From Lytechinus pictus (lineage: Eukaryota): a stretch of 64,000 bases of DNA. Under the pieces are notes generated by a model, which was not told the DNA's origin, did not search any database, and was given only the letters and a program-made list of their open reading frames with translations. Position 1 is the first letter of the stretch. Each line of letters opens with the position of its first letter. This document shows, piece by piece, positions 50,368-62,300 of the stretch. The stretch is from assembly GCF_037042905.1 (NCBI RefSeq), contig NC_087250.1:11472001-11536000 (forward strand), given 5' to 3'. The position numbers and the translations under genes are program-made.

Positions 50368-53300
50368 GTAAGTCGTCTCAATTCATTGCTATATAGAGGT
50401 GTTGTGGCTCAGTGGATAAGTCTCCGGACTTTGAACCACAAGGTCTTGGGTTCGAATCCCACTGCAGCACTTGCGTCATTTTTGAAGGCATTTATCTTCA
50501 TTTGCCACTCTCCACCCAGGTGTAGTAAATGGGTACCTGGTAGGAATAAATTTCTTGAATGCTCGAGCGCCAGATAAGAGTAGCCGTGCTAAAGCCGGGG
50601 TTATAATATGCAACACCTAGAAACATTTTATTAAGCGCAGTGTTGCATATTATTATGATGACTGTATTATGATTATATAGAGTGCTGTCTGATTATCTTT
50701 TTTAAAGAATAGTAGTCTCAACCTAAATTTGATTGGACTACAAGTCTTGACTAGAGGCAGGCCTAGTTTTGACACTCCAATCTTTCCAGAAATTGTTGAA
50801 AATAATATACAAATATACCAGGCTTTGAGTAAGTATAACGGAAATTATTCATCCGAGGTTGGACTGGCATTACTATTTTAAAATAGTGATTTTGCCAGTA
50901 CAACCGAGGATGAATAATTCCCTCTATACTTTCGAAATAAAGGCCTGGTATATTTGTTTTATATCCTAAAATAAGTTAGAGCAATAGATCTTGATAATCT
51001 AGTTCTTGTATTCTCAGTTTATCCTTTTTTAAATCTGCTGACGCTGACTGACCTACTTTTCCTGAAGCACTTAGCTACGCGCTCTGAGTGCGCGGAATGC
51101 GTATTAGTGCTTGCGCCATCATGATCTGTGACGTCAATGATGGAATAGTCGACTATTCCATCATTGACGTCACGGAATAGCACATTTTCTCCGGTGGGCG
51201 TTTCATTTTCGACATCATCGCAAAATAGTGGGAATATGTTTGGTCACAATCAGTATACAGGATTTAATTTATGTAGGATATAATGAATGATATACCACTA
51301 ATATTGGATTATATAGTTTATCAATTAGTACGGACATTGATTTTCAATTACAAAAAGAAATTGTCTTTCCTGTTTGTAAATTTTGGTGACTTTGTAACTT
51401 GATCTAAAATGGAAATTTCGTTCTCAGTAGAAAATGTACATAGCAAAACATGAATTCCCTTTTGCAAAGGTAATTTCAGTGAATTTTCACATATATATAT
51501 AAAGTGAAGAACCAAACATATTTCTCCATTTGATTTTACTGGTAAGTAGAAAATCACTGCCCCGAAATCAGAATTAAAACTTTTGGCAAGTAAAGATGGT
51601 ACCGTAATTGAAGAAAAACTGTCTTTGTACTGTAAAGTTTGAATTCTTTCATTTCTCAATGCATTTAATGTATATTTTGTCATCTTGCTTGAGCACACTG
51701 CTGAGTGGATTTGCATTCTAAATCATATCTTTTGTAATTGTTTTTGTTTTCAGTGACCCTGATGCGTTGACATCATTTCTTGACAAACAAGATGAGTTTA
51801 GACTGGATAGTGCTGACTTGGAGGTAAGATCCTTTTTCATATTTCATTAAACAAATACCGCCTTTTAAACATTTTTTGTACCAGCTACATATGGTTGGTT
51901 TGAATAAAAAAAGATAAAATGGTTGTTCAAAACCTCAGAGGGGGGTATATCAATCCCCCCTTTTAGATCTCAGCCGCCAATCGCGCATAATCTGAAAATT
52001 AGCAGGATAATAGTGTGAGATGTAAGGCTGTATGAATAATTTTTCCGTAATCATCACATTTTTTTCTGTATGAATTTATTTTAATTAAATGCTAATTTAT
52101 GAGTATATCATACTTTTTGCTCTAATTCACTATAAAAAGCTCATAGAATGCTATTTTTTGTACATTCTTTATACCATTGCTAACGCTAACAAATAAAAAG
52201 AAATCATGGTATGAATATGAATTTCTTATGTATTTATTTGTTTTTGAAATTTTGTTTTTATTATTTGTTTTTTGCCAAATTTATAGCAGAAACTTCTTGA
52301 AGCATAATTATGCTAAAATTAAGTAATTTCAGCTGATGAAAGTAAAAATAATCATATCTTTATGAATAAGGGGAGAAAACTCAATTTACATTGACTTTGC
52401 ACGTTTTGGAGCAAAGAGCAAATTTGGGTCTGACCTGCATTTACGTAATGTTGCATAATTTTTGAACCGCATACGTGGGCATTGTAAATTTGGTTTCAAA
52501 AGATGCGCAAGACTTCAAAGTTAAAAAGTCAGTGAGCTGCGCGGTCAAAAAATTCTGCGCACTGGAATGGTCGTGGAAAATGGGGGAGGGGATTGATTCA
52601 ACCCCCCCCCCCCCCCGGGCGGTTTTAGGGTTAACATGTTCTAATAAGGGTCTGTGCGTGCAAACTAGGATTTTATAGCTATCTGTACACATAAACATGA
52701 CTTTTACCCATGTTCTGAAGTTGATTGGATTTTGTATGTTTTTCTTGATCTGATATGCAGGAGTTCTCCAGGTACCAGCAGCAATCTCTTCTCACCAATA
52801 ACCAATATGCCATCGGACCAAACCCCAGCGCCTCCATGGCGCAGGAAACCCCATCCTCAGTACTGATGCGCCTTGAAAACATCTCACCCCCACCAATCCA
52901 AAATGACACTGTCCTCTCACTCCTGGGCGATCGGCCTTTCACACCGACCAGCCACAAGCCGCAGAACAACCAGGCTGCATCCAGGCCGATCATTGACCTT
53001 GGGTTTGGTGAGCAAGAAGGGGGTGAGATCAAAGAGATATTTCCTGACTTTATGATGGGTTCCAGTCAGGTGCAGGCCAGCAACAACCAGGCTTTTTCAG
53101 CAGGTGATGATCTCTTCGGAAAGCTAGGGGTCAAGGGGAGTGTTGGAGGGTCCAACCAGACGCCATCTGTCAAAAGTGACTTCTCCAGCATCTTTTCATT
53201 TGAGGAGGAAGGTGAGAAGTTACAGCATGCCGTCCCACCCAGCTCCGTCAGTTCAGGGAATGTCCAAGATGTGATTCAGCAGAGTCTGATGTTGTCAGGG

Positions 53301-56300
53301 GTAGGTGATCTCTCTGATGATGTTCCCAACCAACAAGAGGCTCTTACAGAGGTTCCAACGGACAAAGGATCTGGAAGAACACATGCTGTACAGCCTGCTC
53401 ATAGTATCCCGCAAAGCCATGCTTTACCCTCAAGTTTCATGGTCCAGGGAGGATCTGTCCAAAGTAGTAGTTCCCAAGACCATCAGAAGATGACGACAAA
53501 AAGCATTCCACAAGTAGCAGTTGTAAGGCCACAAACTCAACCTCAACCACAGCCCCAGACGCAAGTCCTTGCAACACAGCCTGTCATCGATGCCCAGGGG
53601 CAGGTCATCAACTCTCAGTTCCTCCAAACGCCTGGGAAAGTCATGGGTAGTGCACAGCAGACTGTTATGCCCATGCAGCAAACCTATGTCCTGAACACGA
53701 AGGCTCCTCTGAATATCCATCCCAAACTTGGAATCAGCCCTCCAGCTGCATCAAAACCTCAACCCCAACAAGGCATTAGAATCATGCTGGCACCACAAGC
53801 GGGTAATAATATTCAAACAATTGGAGGAGCTCCAGCTGGACAAACCATCCAGTTGAATCATGGACAGGCTGGTGCAACAGGACAGCAAACGGTTGTCTTA
53901 CACAATGTACAAGGTGCTGTACAAGGAGCAGTTCAACCTGCTGGAGCTTCTTCTGTACCAGTCCTGCAACCAGTTATAACAATTGGTGCTACTCAAGGAA
54001 GCTTCATCTTCATGACAAGACCACCTGCAGTTCTTGCCCCTCAGCAGATTCAGCAACTCCAAACCAGCGGTTCTGGTCTTGCCACCATTCAGATGCCTGG
54101 ACAGGCCATGGCACCCGTTGTTCAGCCTGTCAATCAGCAACAAGGAGGTAAACAAGCCTTACCAGTGATGCAGCTTGTGCAGTCTGGCGTTTCAGCTGGA
54201 AAGGCCTACCAAACAATCGCCTTGCCGCAAGGTTATGTCACCGGTGGACAGACAATAGTGATCCAAAATCCACAAGGTTCATCAAATGTCCTTCCAATCG
54301 CACAGAGCCAAGCATCGATAGTTCAATCTGGAGCCAATCAAGTCAGCTTTGTGCAGAGCAAACAACCTGGAACCTATAACAAAGTTCAAACAACTCCACA
54401 GCTTATTCAGCCAAAGGTAGTAAGTTCAGCTCAAGCACAAACAAAAGTTGGACCCATTTTCTCGCAGTCTCTGATATCTTCCACTGCATACCGCACCAAA
54501 GACATTGCATACAATCCGCCATCAAAAGTGGATGTTGTATCGTACCAATCTCCGGCTAATAGTGAGATGGTTAATTCTCCTGTATCATATGCAAGCAGTA
54601 TTGCCCATCAGAATGCGGCTAATATTGTTCAACCATATGCCCAGTCATTATCCACTGCTAAAAATGAAGTGCAAGTAATCAAGTCAGATCTTTTGCCTGC
54701 ATCCAAGGCAAAGCCAGTAGAAACATTCCGTCATAAACTGTATGGTAAAATCTCCACAGTACAGTCGGATTCGAAGCACACTTCGCAATCTGTTCCCCAG
54801 TCAAGTCAAGCTCAGATGGCTGCCATTACTCTGGCAAACCAAACCTCGGGCTCCTTACAAACCTTACTCCAGAAAGTACAGCCTGGTGATGCTGGAGCAG
54901 AGCAGAGTTCATCCTTACACCTCAGCCAGGCACTTAGCAGCACGACAGACCTAGGGACACAGTCTCAGCCAGTCTTCATTCAGCAGAACTCTCCTCCTGC
55001 AAACACCATTGTTACGCCGAGCAATGTCAATGCTAAAGGCTTGCCAAACCAGACTCAAACCTTGCCAGGAAATAGTGGCAGTGTCCCTGCCCTCGTCCAG
55101 CACTCTCAACTCGCCCAGCTGAACTTACAAAGTTCAGTTTCTTCTGCGGCTGTTTCCATTCAGACACCCACATTAGTGAGCACACTACCTTCCAATACTA
55201 GCAGTTTACCAACCAAGAAGACTCAACTAAAAAAGCAAAACATGTTTGGTTCACGACCTGTTGCTTCTGTTGACAGCAGCGCTAATTTTCAAGGAGAGTT
55301 CCTGAAGACATTGCAAGGAAAGCATGTAGTTGCAAGTGGTACATCAGCCTCCACAATATCTACGTTAGCCACTAGCAGTATTCTTACCACAACTCTGGCC
55401 TCTTCTACCGTTGGCTCCCAAATCAACCAAGGAGGACATCCAAATGAATTTACCTCGGGTTCCCACATGCTAGGGAGTAATACAAGTGTTACAGCAAGTT
55501 TGGAGAATACCATTAGTAGTAGCGGTATGATGAGTAGTGCTGGAGGAGTTCTTTCCACTCCTGGTCTTATAAGTGCCCTTGAACTAAAAGCGAAGCAAAT
55601 GCAAGAATCAGGTATGAAGAGCCTTGCCCTGAACCAGCAGCCTATGGTTAGTGCATTGCAGTTAAAGGCACAGCAGATGATGACTCCCCAAAGCACATCT
55701 TTCAACCAGCAGCCAATACGGCCAAATGCACCCATGATGAGTGCACTTCAGTTGAAGAATGCTGGCCATTTTCAAGGACAAGGTGTAAGTGTTGCAGGCG
55801 CTACTAAACCACAGCCCATGATAAGTGCTTTAGAAGTACAACAGCAGATGCAAAGGCAAGGGCAGGGTATGAACGCAGCACAACAGCCAGGCACTCAGAA
55901 TCGACCAATGGTAAGCGCTCTGCAGTTGCAGCAATTGATGAGACAGATGGGCACTTCAAATCCTGGAGCTGATAACACAGCACTGATGAACCAGCTCTTG
56001 CAACTTCAACAAAGAAAGAATGCAGTACAGGCAGGTGCCAATCCAGCTCAATCAAATCAAATGCAAATTCAAGCAGTTGTAAACCAGAGCCAAATATCTC
56101 ATCCACCTAGTTCTGGACAACCTTTGCCAAGTCCACAGGGGGGTTCCAGACCACCAAGCATTGGTCAGTCACTTCCAAGCCCCCAATCCAATCAAAGTCA
56201 TCGCCCTCCAAGTGTGCCTTTGCCGAGTCCACAAGGGATGCCACCACATCGCCCACCAAGTGCAGGACAACCTGCACAGAGTCCTCAAGCCATGCAGCCA

Positions 56301-59300
56301 CACCGCCCGTCTAGTGCTGGTCAGCCATTGCCCAGCCCTCAGGGCAGACAAACATCTCGTCCACCTAGTGTTGGCCATCCTCTACCCAGCCCACAAGGTC
56401 AGCCATTAGCAAGTCCACAAGGATTGTCAATGCCAACTCATCATAGCCAGCATGTCATGGGTTCTCAAGGATTGCAAAGTCCACAGAATGTGTTAAATAG
56501 TGGCAGCCAAGTGATCCAGAACAACCAATCAACCTTTGCTCCAAATGCACATCATGTGATGCCGTCAAGTGCTCCTGTCCATCCAGCGCAGACTGGGCAA
56601 GTTCCTAGTCAGCCTTCCACAACGATGATGCCCCAGCTTTTACAAGCTTTTGATCTTTTGAAGAAAGCACAGGCAGCCCAAGCAAAGGGTCCATCAGGTG
56701 CCCAGGAGCAAGCTCATTACATGCAGCAGTTTCAGTTGCTCTTGCAGAAACATCCAGATTTGATGAAGCAATTGCAACACCTAAAACAGAAACAGCAGCT
56801 TGCAAAACAACAGCAGATGGCAAAACAGCAACAGATGGGAGCTTCAATGCCTGCAAGTTCATTCCAGCAAATGCAACAATCTGGTGTCACCAATCAACAG
56901 CAGTTTCAACAGCAGCAGGTCCTTTCTGCGAGTGCGGATCAAGCACAACTGGTAGCGTCGTCAATCTTACAAGCAACCCAGAATGCTAGCGCTGCTTATA
57001 ACACAAGACATGGTGGAATAGCTTCGTCTACAGGAGAAACTGATGTACAGCAACTCATTAGACCTAGCTCAACTACCTTTAGCACCAACAGTATTCCAAA
57101 GGCAACAGATGGACTTCAAAATCAGAACCCCAATTACACACCCAATGTAACTATCCAGGCTGTGAATTCAGGGCAGAAGGATGGCACACCTAGCGGAGGG
57201 TCGTTCGTACCAAATCAAGGTCAACAACCAGTGGTTTCGTCTTCAAAAAAGAAACCACCTCCAAATACATCAATGATGCCTCCACCCCCACCTGCTCCCC
57301 AGCAAGCTCCACCAAACGTGTCTATTCTGCCTTCACAGAAGCAGGCTCCACTTGGAACGATTCCTTCTGTTACCAAGGAGAAAGATGTGTTTGAGTTTGA
57401 TGATGATGATCCAGTACCTGTCAAAGTAGAGAACAAGTTCAGTCGGAAGACATCAGGCGGAAAGACTGGCTCTGGAACAGTTCATCACCAACCTCTATCA
57501 ATGCAGCAGAGAGCAACAGAGGGTCAGGCTGCTCTTCAGATCGACCCAACTGGGGTACCTCAAGAAGGTGCTCCCGCGCAGATGAACTTTGTTGGATCTC
57601 AAGCCAATCAACTGCCATCCCAATCTGGCCAGATGTCTAGGTCTCAGAGCAATGCCTCGCAGGGTAGCCATCTGAGTCGTATGTTGCAGAGTGCACCCCA
57701 AATGATACTGCCTTCAAACCAAATGAATAAGAAACCTGGTTTTGAAGCTGGGCAGCTCACCTCGCAGGGTTATCAACATGGACAAGTGCCACAGGAGAAT
57801 ATCCGGAGTAGTCCAGCAACATCGTTAGTCTCACAGGGGGCTCAGTCACAGGTCACAGCAACAAGGGTGTCTGCAACATCTGTCAATGCTGGGGGAAGCT
57901 TACAGAAGGATTCTAATGTTGCCAGCAGAAGACTGCAACAGCTACAGCAGAGTCAACAAGCAACCAGTACTGTTTTCAAAACGAAAGCGGTGAGTATTTT
58001 ATAATGTTATCATTTTAGATTAATTTATTTGTTTTGAAATCTTCTCCAAATCACTTGACATTTTTACTTTCATTATTAGTTAAATCTTGCCACCGGAGCT
58101 GGGGGGGGGGGGGGGGAGGGTGTTTCATTAATTTCTAAATTAATAAATAAAATCATTTTCATTTAGAGGATTAGTTTCAGTTTACAAACGTTTCTTGTGA
58201 GCTAATACCTGGTAAGGCCCCGAAATCCATTTGAAGGGAAAGCTGTTTTATTACGAACCTTATAAGATTATATTGGTTAAAAGATTAAAAAAACAAAAAA
58301 ACAAATTAATTGCAACCAATCCATCTCTTGACTGTTCAGAAAGCCAAAACATCACACTTCAGCGTGCAGACCCAGCAGAGCCTCCACAGTGTCCAAGGGT
58401 TCATCCGGCAGCTAGAAGGCATCGTCAACCGCACCCCAAAGCAAGAGGCGATGCTTCAACAGCTCCTGGACTTACAGCAGAAGATCAACGACCAGGCCAG
58501 AGCTAAGCTGGAAGGGACAGGTACCCCGACACCCTCTGCCAAACCAGTAGGTGGTGCCATCGTTCCAAAGGTCCCTGCCACTGGCTTATCCAACGATGCT
58601 ACAGGAGAAGTCGCCACAGCTGCAAGTACCATCCAGGTACATATTTTGTTTAATTTCATGTTGTTTGGTGCAAAAAAAACTTGTAACTAATAAAAGTACA
58701 ATGATCTTGGTAGTGCTTCCATTTGGCTTTACATTGGATGTCACTTTTTTTTTAGATTGTTCTTTGGGCCTGATGTTGCCATCATAATATGATGAAAGGT
58801 GGCCCATGACTGCCATGTAAAAACCATAATTAAATTAAAAGTACAAGGTTTTATATCAAGCTAATTAAATATGAATTAACACTTTTTAAATTTGTCCATG
58901 TTGGGAGCTAAAGGGAACGTGTTGGAGGGGAGTGAATTCCACAGCCAAGCCATCCTTGGTGGCTTTAGTTTTGAGGTACAGATTTTGGCAGCAGCTCCTC
59001 CAACAGAGTATCTCGTTATTCACCCTAAAAGGACTGGACTATTTGAGATGTATTGAGGACTGGGGGGCATGATGGCCCCCCCCCCCTTCTGATCTCAGCT
59101 GCTGTTTGCTGGATCGCACCGAAATTTGGCACGCACATTCTTTACCACATAAACTACAAGCTAGTATTTAAAAAAAATCTGAAAATAAATATTTTTTATT
59201 TATTATGAATAAAATATGCAAATTTCTTCATGAAAAATATTATTTGCGTATATAACACCCAATTTCACTTCACATTTTCTTCTTTTTATTTGCAGATGTG

Positions 59301-62300
59301 GTTTCCACAAAGAAAAATTGCAAAAGCCAATTTTTCCTTATGTATTTCTTTGTTTATAGAATTTCCTATGTATTTCTTTGTTTTTCATCTTATATCAATA
59401 TCATTGTTTTTTCAGTGGAAATTATTACAGATCATTTAACAACTAGATTAAACCCTAAATTAATTAAGCAGACCAATTAGAACAAAAAATAATTACTCTT
59501 TTCTGAATTTCATCTCCCATAGATTTTGTACACAAAGTATAAAAATGAGCCATTTTCGGCATGACATTGTCTCGTAAAAAGTGATGCCATACCCATATAT
59601 CGCGAAATTGGTCTCAAAAGTTGTGCAAGACAAAGAACAAAGTCATAAAATTTTGCGCCGCTATCTTTTTGCGTTTCAGAAATATCGCGCGAAGCGTCGA
59701 GGGGGAAGGGGGCCATCATGCCCCCCAGTCCTTTTAGGGTTAAAGCAAAAAAGAAAATAATTCAGTTTATCTAAGTTTAGGGGAAAATTACTATATCTCT
59801 GTTTAATATTTAAGACTATTGTATTATACAATCCTTTTCTGCTACTTTCAGAATACTGCCAGTTCTACATTTGCCGTGGCCAGCTCAAACTTGGGTGTAT
59901 CAGGGACAACACCCCAGAGTTACGGTTCTGTAACAGCCACAGCAAACATTCCTAAACCTGCAGTAGGTACTGCCATGCCAAATCAACCTCCGTCAACAGG
60001 ACAATATAAGGTACGTTAAAAAAGACTTAAAGCTGGTTTTGAAAACCCACGGTTGAATCCATGGTTTATGCAGATTTCCTGTATAAATTACGCTTAATTT
60101 TGCGTGTATCGGGCGCGTGTATAAAAAATGTCCAATGCTGATGCGTGCTTTTGTCACAGTGCGCCAAATTGACGCCTGTTACCATGGTTTAAAGGGATGG
60201 TCCTGGCTGAAAGTATTTCTAGCTTAATAAATAGAGTAGAATTCACTGGGCAAAAAGCAGAAAATTTCATCAAAATCGGATAACAAATGACAAAGTTATT
60301 GAATTTTAAAGTTAAGCAATATTTTGTGAAAACAGTCGTCATGAATATTGATAAGGTGGGCTGATGATGTCACATCCCCACTTGTTCTTTTGTATTTTAT
60401 TTTATGAAATTAAGTTTATTCAAATTTTTTTCTCCAAGAACTATAAAAATTGGATTGACAACTGATTTCATGCATTAGATAGTTATTGCTGCAACTTATT
60501 TCATTATAAGGGAGACATATTATTCACACAAGTATGAAATAATGAAAAAAATTATGATTTTATGTAATAACATAAGAAATCGGAAAGTGGGGATGTGACA
60601 TCATCAGACCACCTAATGAATATTCATGACGACTGTTTTTACAAAATATTGCTAAACTTTAAACTTCAATAACTTGATTATTTGTTATCTGACTTTGATG
60701 AAATTTTCGGCATTTTGCTCAGTGAATTCTACTCTATGTATTAAGATATAAATATTTTCAGCCCAGACTATCCCTTTAATATGCTATTTTATTCATGAGT
60801 CCACTGTTTGAAGAGTGGACTCATTAATTCAAAACAGTGGACTCATATATAAAATAGCGTGGATAACCATGGCAGCAGGCGTCATTTTGGCGCGCTGTGA
60901 CGAAAGCGCGCTTCAGCATTAGACAGGGTTGGCGCGTTTTAAACGGTGTGTTTTAAAACATGTTTTAAAACGCGTTTTAAAACACCCGTTTTTTTTACAA
61001 AAAAAACGTGTTTTAAAACACCGCATAGACTTGTGTGTTATAAATTTGCATGGATGTGATGTTAGATAAATGTTGTTTTTTTTACACTGTTATTTCTGAA
61101 GTGTATTATTTTCTTCTAACTAACTAAAACTCTTTTTCAACACCACTCCTTTTCTCCTCTTTCTCTTTCCTCTTTCTCCATTGCTTTGTCATGTTCCTCT
61201 TCTCTCTATTCAATTGTGCACAACAATCCATATTAAGAATATTCTCATTTTAACAAACATATCTGAGTGTTGTACTCACTTTTTGGACAGGTAAAGAAAC
61301 ACTATTAAAATAAGCTAAAATACATGTACATGTAATAGAACTTGAATGAAATGGAAGTGTTGCACAAGCGCAATAATATTTTACAAATTCTGTAAACCTG
61401 ACATCATACTCTTGAGGTACACACAAGTTGGTGAAACTTTGCCCTTCATAAAGATGAAGAAAAGTACATGTACTTTAAACAGTATAAGATAATCAGCTAG
61501 CAAACCTTAACCCTAACAATTCCAGGGGACCTTAATGGCCCCCTAAAGATTTCTATGATAAATCCATAAACACGACAGGGCCACGCCATATCGTTCAAGA
61601 CTATTTTTGGGATGAATGCATGGGTATGCAGTTATGATATACACCACAAGTGCATATTATCAGATCCCGAATTGCTTAAAAACGTGATTTCATGTATAAG
61701 CCCAATGTGAGTTCTTGCCAAAAATTTCTATTAGTAATAAAAAAAAGTTTAAAAACTCTGTACATAAGTATAAAAAAGTTAAAAAAACATTACCGGTAAC
61801 CTAAATAGACTGGGCTATTTTGTTTCCTAAGAAGACTGACGGGGCCCCCCCTTATGATCTGGGCCGTCGATCGCGGGATCACAACGAAAATTGGCACACG
61901 CATTACCCATGGCATAATCTAAATAACTATAAATCAAATTTTGCATAAATCTCATTGCTAATTTATGCGTAAAATCAAAAGTTTGCTCTAATTAACTAAA
62001 TAATGCCCCTGAAATTATCATTTTTGGTTCACAAACCCTTTATAGGAATCTGATCAAATGTTCTTTTAAAAAATTTCAACATCACATTTATTTTCTTATG
62101 TATTTTATTGTTTTTTCAATGGAAATAGTCAGGGACTATATTTTGACCATAAACAAGGTGAAATTTATTTATTTTAATCAGTAAAAGGAAAAATAATGGT
62201 ACATTTATGAATTATGGCTAAAAACACTATTTGAATTAGATTTGTACACAAATTCACTTTTTTGAGCAATTTTGGGTCTGCATGCACTTACAAAATGTTG

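Noticed and set aside
55289..57701. Antisense ORFs within the large exon
   Set aside because: Short shadow ORFs of the coding strand with no independent signals
52755..58004. 1749-aa ORF as a stand-alone intronless gene starting at ATG 52755
   Set aside because: The ATG lies in the acceptor (ATGCAG|GAG), upstream exons supply the BICRA N-terminus, and a donor precedes the stop
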